A stretch of 64,000 nucleotides of DNA from a virus (lineage: Duplodnaviria; Caudoviricetes). Both the position numbers and the translations under genes were made by a program. Position 1 is the first letter of the stretch. Each line of letters opens with the position of its first letter. The notes under the pieces are model-generated. The model saw only the letters and a program-made list of their open reading frames with translations. It did not search any database and was not told the origin of the DNA. The stretch covers positions 1 to 64,000 of IMG/VR virus record IMGVR_UViG_2906626472_000001; one strand, written 5' to 3'. Of this stretch, positions 59,862 through 64,000 are shown in pieces.

Positions 59862-60517
59862 AAGGATCAGAAAATGAGGAACGTCAAACCGTGGTGCGCG
59901 ATCATCGCCGCCTCGGAGGATATCGCTGCGCAGTACCGCGCCGCCTTCGGTCTCTCGGACGAGATCTGGGCTGTGATCCGCCACGACGCGGACACCCGCG
60001 GTCAGCAGTTCGACCGCGTCGTCGTCATCCGGCCGCACTGGCAGATCGACGCCGAAGAGGCTGCTCGCTTCGAAGAACAGATCACGACGCAGTGGCGGAC
60101 GATTGTACGCCCCGGCGGCTGGCTCACCATCATCTGAGGACACCATGGGCTTCTGGGAAGCAATCATCATCGGCATCGCGCTCTACGCGGGCCTCAACTC
60201 CATCGCCGAAGCGTTCGACAACATCGCTGTCGGCATTGAACAGGCGGGTCTCCACCTCGCCGCGGCTCTCGAAGAGCCGGTCGCAGAAGAGGACGAGGAC
60301 TGATGCCATTTCCGTTCTCGATCCTGATGTTCAGCTACGCCATATGGCAGGCGTCCATCGAGCGGGCTTTCCACCCGTTCGAGGTGCGCCATGTGGAGCC
60401 GAAGCACATTTGACGATCTAATCATCCTGGCGCCTCTGCTGTTCGTCTTCTTCCTCGTCGCGATGGCGCACCTCTTCAGCTGACGAATAGCCGGCTCCCA
60501 AAAACCCGAGCACAACA

Positions 60518-60997
60518 ATGAAGGCTCTAGCACTGGCCCTTGCGGGCCTGGTGATGACTGCTGCCGTGTCGCCATCCCACGCGCTGCTCATCGAGAAAGA
60601 CCCCGGTGGGGTGATCGTGGACTTCGTCAAGAAGTATTCGAAAATTCGGGACAGCGGCGAGAAGATCGTGATCAACGGCGAGTGCGATTCGTCCTGCACC
60701 ATCTTCCTCGGCATCGTCCCCAAGAAGAACGTTTGCATCACGTCGAATGCCAAGCTCGGATTTCATACGGCTTCGCTCCGTACCGTCGACCCTGATGGCT
60801 CCGTGACTTGGTCGCACGCCGAAGAGTTCTCGGCGCTCATGTGGAATCTCTATCCAGGCAAGTTCCGCGCTTACCTCAAGCGCGTCGGCTGGAATGGTGA
60901 TGACCCCAAGATCGCACATCCCGACATCGTCTATGTCGGACCGCGCGCTCTGCATGCGCTCGGCATCCGCTACTGCGGCCTGGAGAGCTTGCTGTGA
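60518..60997 (+). CDS. Secreted protein, possibly ClpP/crotonase-like
   Basis: Signal peptide; DPGG...INGECDSSCT...LGFH. Confidence 0.6.
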   Translation: MKALALALAGLVMTAAVSPSHALLIEKDPGGVIVDFVKKYSKIRDSGEKIVINGECDSSCTIFLGIVPKKNVCITSNAKLGFHTASLRTVDPDGSVTWSHAEEFSALMWNLYPGKFRAYLKRVGWNGDDPKIAHPDIVYVGPRALHALGIRYCGLESLL

Positions 60998-61350
60998 GCC
61001 GGTCCCGAAAGCTTCCCGATCGCCGGAAGCTGCCGTCGATCATCAAGATCGGCATCTTCGTCTACACGCTGGTGCATTGGGATCCAGCCGAGGCTGAGGA
61101 GAAGGAATGCCTCGGTCTGTGCGACCGTCTCAACTTTATCATCTACGTGCGCGACGACCTGCCTGACAGCGGTTTCGCTGAGGTCCTTGAGCACGAGATC
61201 AACCACGCCTGCTGGCACGCAGCAGCGCTCAAGTCCCGGGCAAACGAAGAGACGGTCGTGAACCGTCTGACGCCGGTCATGATCATGGCTCGCCGGGACA
61301 ACCCGGAGATCTACGCCTGGATCGACCGCGCCGTCGCCCAGAAAGCCTGA
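60994..61350 (+). CDS. HExxH zinc metallopeptidase-like phage protein
   Basis: LGLCD...IYV...VLEHEINHAC...NEETVV. Confidence 0.65.
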   Translation: MSRSRKLPDRRKLPSIIKIGIFVYTLVHWDPAEAEEKECLGLCDRLNFIIYVRDDLPDSGFAEVLEHEINHACWHAAALKSRANEETVVNRLTPVMIMARRDNPEIYAWIDRAVAQKA

Positions 61351-62473
61351 TCCATGCTGAACGCAATGGTCGCCTCTACGAAGAGGCAGGCAGAAGCGAT
61401 GATTGCTCTGCTGAAACTCAACCCCAACGAATGGGAGCCCGTCATCTACGGGCAGCCCATCAAGAAGCTCATCGGGCACGCCAAGCTCGTGCGGCCCAGC
61501 GAGGGCGTCGAACGGTCTCACTGCGACTGGGTGCTCGGAGTGCTCGTCCCGAACCTGTGCCTGTCGGTGACTACCGTGCCGCCGCACTGGAAGATCCCTC
61601 AGGAGCACGTCGCCTAGTTAAGAAAGAAAAATGGCCAAGAAGCACGTCAAAAAGGTGTCTAAGAACACCAAGCTCACGGAGCTGCGCATCGAGCGTAAGC
61701 GCCGCCGTCGTCGCCAGAAAGCTGGCGGCTAACCGAACCACCATCCCCGGAGTCGCAGACAGGGAGCAGGGATTATAGAAGCCCTGACCGTCTGCTCGTG
61801 GCCCGGCCTGCGGCGGGGGTTTCTCCTCCTTTACCCCGCCGCGCCCGAGGACAAATCAGCTTACTGCAAAACCTCGGGCACCCAACCGTTTCAACCATCG
61901 AAGGATCTGTCATGGACGCCGTGAAGTCCGTCTACAACTATGCGACCGCCTGGGTCGCAGCGCATCCGGTCGCGACCGTCAACGCCATCCTGGCGGTTGT
62001 CGTGCTCAAGACCGTTCTCGTCATTCTCTGATCTCGCTTCGTTCGATTTCGGAAATAAGTTGCCCGTTTCTGGAAAGACCTTTCCGGTCGCGAAACGTCT
62101 CAAGAACACAGGTGGTCTACCGCACCGGCAACGGTGTCGGCTCTAACGGGTAAGCCAGTAGCCCCGCAGCCCTCGTAATTCCTCAAAGCGGCCCCTGAGG
62201 GGGAACACTGATCCTGTTAAAACGCGATGCGGTCGAGGCAAGATCGATCGACTTCTGGATTGGATCGATCCCACCTGGAGAGGCCTCCGGCTCGCGCGCA
62301 CGTCGGGTTAAATCCATCTGCCGTAAAACACGGTGGAGCCTCTCATACATTTCCCTCGGTGCCAGCCGATCGTCACCTGAAGACATAGGGGTGGCTGGTT
62401 AAATGCAGGCCATGCGTCAAGCCGAGCGCTCGCGTTGTCGAGCACAGCCCGTCGCCCATCGGCGGCGGGCATC

Positions 62474-62548
62474 GCCTGGGTAGCTCAGCGGTAGAGCAGC
62501 GGGGTCATAATCCGCTTGTCGTAGGTTCGATCCCTGCCCCCGGCACCA
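62474..62548 (+). tRNA. tRNA(CAT), Met or Ile2
   Basis: TAGCTCAG D-arm, GCGGG-GTCATAA-TCCGC anticodon arm, GTTCGA and ACCA; T4-C69 mismatch and G32. Confidence 0.8.
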
Positions 62549-62656
62549 AATTCAAGCCGCAAGGCGCACGCTCCCCCGCGTACCGACGACTGGTCACTCC
62601 GTCGCGTGAAGAAATCGGAGAGGGGGATCAACACACACGCCATTGAAAATTCATGC

Positions 62657-62730
62657 ATCGGGGTCCTCCGGCGTAGGCGGCCGGTCTCCAAAACTGCGCT
62701 GCGAGAGTTCGAGTCTCTCCCCCGGTGCCA
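62657..62730 (+). tRNA. tRNA-Trp(CCA) with atypical D-arm
   Basis: CTCCAAA anticodon loop, GAGAG-TTCGAGT-CTCTC T-arm, G73 and CCA; weak D-arm. Confidence 0.7.
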
Positions 62731-62750
62731 ATAAAAAAACAAGAAGAGCC

Positions 62751-64000
62751 ATGGCCACGAACAACTCATCGGAAGTGCAGGATGCGACTGTCAGCGACAC
62801 GTCGGCGTCCAATCCGGCGACTGCCGGAACGTCGCGCTACCGCGTCATCGCCCCGCACGGAATCCACCTCGGGCTCGATTTCTTCGGCGTAAATTCGATC
62901 ATCAATCTGACGGCAGGCGGCGCCAAATATCTGCTCCTGAACAGCCAGATTGCGCTCGCATCCGAGCAGGCCCCTGTGGGCGTGCCGGATGGTCCAAGCG
63001 AAGACGACGTCAAGATCGATATCTACGTCAACAGTGCGGCGAAGACCGTTTCGCTCACGAAGCTCCGGGAGATGTTCCCGAACATCCAGGGTCCTGCTGG
63101 CGATCCCGGTCTGCCGGGACCACGCGGCGCCCGTGGTGAGAAGGGCGACAAGGGCAGCGACGGTCACAGCATCTACCTGAAGGGCGTTGTCTGGAGCGTG
63201 GACCTTCTCCCGGCGGGCGCGAGCCAGGGCGACGTTTATCTTGTGCAAACCACGAGCCATTGGTGGGCGTGGCTGGACTCCAGCTGGGTCGACCTGGGCT
63301 CGTTCAGGGGAGAGCAAGGCCCGCAAGGTCTGCGCGGACCTGAGGGCGAGCGCGGAGAAAAGGGCGAGCGAGGTCCACTCGGCGCAGTCGATCCCGCCGA
63401 CATGCTGACGATCGCAAACAATGTTCTGTCGGCGCAAGCCTACGCCGATTCTGCTCATACGTCTGAGACGAATGCGGCTTCGTTCAAGAATGGCGCGGCA
63501 AGCTCGGCGACGGCGGCGGCTACGTCCGCGACGAATGCCAGCGACAGCGCAGCAGCGTCTGCCGGATCGGCATCCGCCTCGGCCATGAGTGCCTCGGCAG
63601 CTAGTTTGAGCGAGACCAATGCTGCCGTCAGCGCATCAAATGCGGCAACCAGCGAAGTCAATGCTGCGGCTTCTGCCGCCGCGGCTGCGTCGTCCAAAGG
63701 CGATGTAGAAACCGCACTGGCGGAAATGACCACCCTGGCTGCGGATGCGTCAACGAGCGCCTCCAACGCTCATACCTCGGAGACGAACGCGGCTGCGTCA
63801 AAGAGCGCTGCTGCTGCTTCGGCTTCGGCGGCGGCTACGTCCGAGACCAATGCGAGCGCGAGCGCGACGGCTGCCGCTGGATCGGCATCATCCGCATCCG
63901 ACAGCGCCGCATCGGCTCTGGGAAGCAAGAACGCAGCCAGCACCAGCGCATCGAATGCGGCCACCAGCGAAAGCAACGCAGCTGCTTCCGCCGCGGCGGC
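62751..64000 (+). CDS. Tail-fibre-like protein, 3'-truncated by the window edge (absent from the ORF track)
   Basis: Reads MATNNSSEVQ..., two Gly-X-Y collagen tracts (GPAGDPGLPGPRGARGEKGDKG; GEQGPQGLRGPEGERGEKGERGP), then Stf-like SETNAAAS Ala/Ser repeats with a ~315-bp unit (63455 and 63770). Confidence 0.8.
   Translation, partial: MATNNSSEVQDATVSDTSASNPATAGTSRYRVIAPHGIHLGLDFFGVNSIINLTAGGAKYLLLNSQIALASEQAPVGVPDGPSEDDVKIDIYVNSAAKTVSLTKLREMFPNIQGPAGDPGLPGPRGARGEKGDKGSDGHSIYLKGVVWSVDLLPAGASQGDVYLVQTTSHWWAWLDSSWVDLGSFRGEQGPQGLRGPEGERGEKGERGPLGAVDPADMLTIANNVLSAQAYADSAHTSETNAASFKNGAASSATAAATSATNASDSAAASAGSASASAMSASAASLSETNAAVSASNAATSEVNAAASAAAAASSKGDVETALAEMTTLAADASTSASNAHTSETNAAASKSAAAASASAAATSETNASASATAAAGSASSASDSAASALGSKNAASTSASNAATSESNAAASAAA

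Larger units (their letters stand above)
2107..64000. mobile_element. Large temperate prophage, left part, continuing beyond the window
   Basis: att site plus integrase/xis, phage replication, recombination and nucleotide-metabolism genes, tRNAs and a tail-fibre-like gene; tightly packed overlapping ORFs. Confidence 0.93.

Noticed and set aside
62766-63976. Minus-strand Ala-rich ORFs
   Set aside because: Shadows of the plus-strand tail-fibre gene starting at 62751
2107-64000. Retron, DGR or other reverse-transcriptase system explaining the structured RNAs
   Set aside because: No RT motifs recognised in any ORF in this window; the unseen part of the prophage cannot be excluded

Overview
Positions 1-~2100 are host chromosome of a high-GC alphaproteobacterium, probably Bradyrhizobium-like (inferred from gene content), and carry an oxalate/formate MFS antiporter. 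At 2107-2153 a duplicated 3' half of a tRNA with a CAT anticodon marks an att site. The rest of the window is the left ~62 kb of a large temperate prophage that runs off the right edge; no terminase or capsid gene is in view. A ~49 kb mostly minus-strand arm encodes integrase/excisionase, ThyX, class II RNR, MazG-like proteins, YqaJ/Sak-like recombination, DnaQ, SSB, a split primase-helicase, a replication initiator with iterons, a RuvC-like nuclease, XRE regulators, a UvrD-like helicase, rIIA/rIIB-like proteins, a peptidase and many small ORFs. A ~1.7 kb gene-free switch region follows, then a mostly plus-strand arm with cargo genes, a minimal ATP-dependent ligase, an HslV-like protease, three tRNAs and the start of a collagen/Ala-Ser tail-fibre gene. 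Main unexplained signals: (1) a ~1.05 kb densely base-paired non-coding element at 51290-52345; (2) six covarying GRA-triloop hairpin repeats separating unrelated cargo ORFs at 52939-54660; (3) ssrA-tag-like C-termini (ANDN...AA) on many phage proteins; (4) ~19 copies of a TTGC-N6-GCAA motif; (5) a second, gene-free iteron cluster at 57357-57475; (6) a LexA box in front of an XRE/S24-like regulator that looks non-cleavable; (7) a second structured RNA candidate beside the tRNAs. All calls come from reading motifs by eye; no searches or folding were run.
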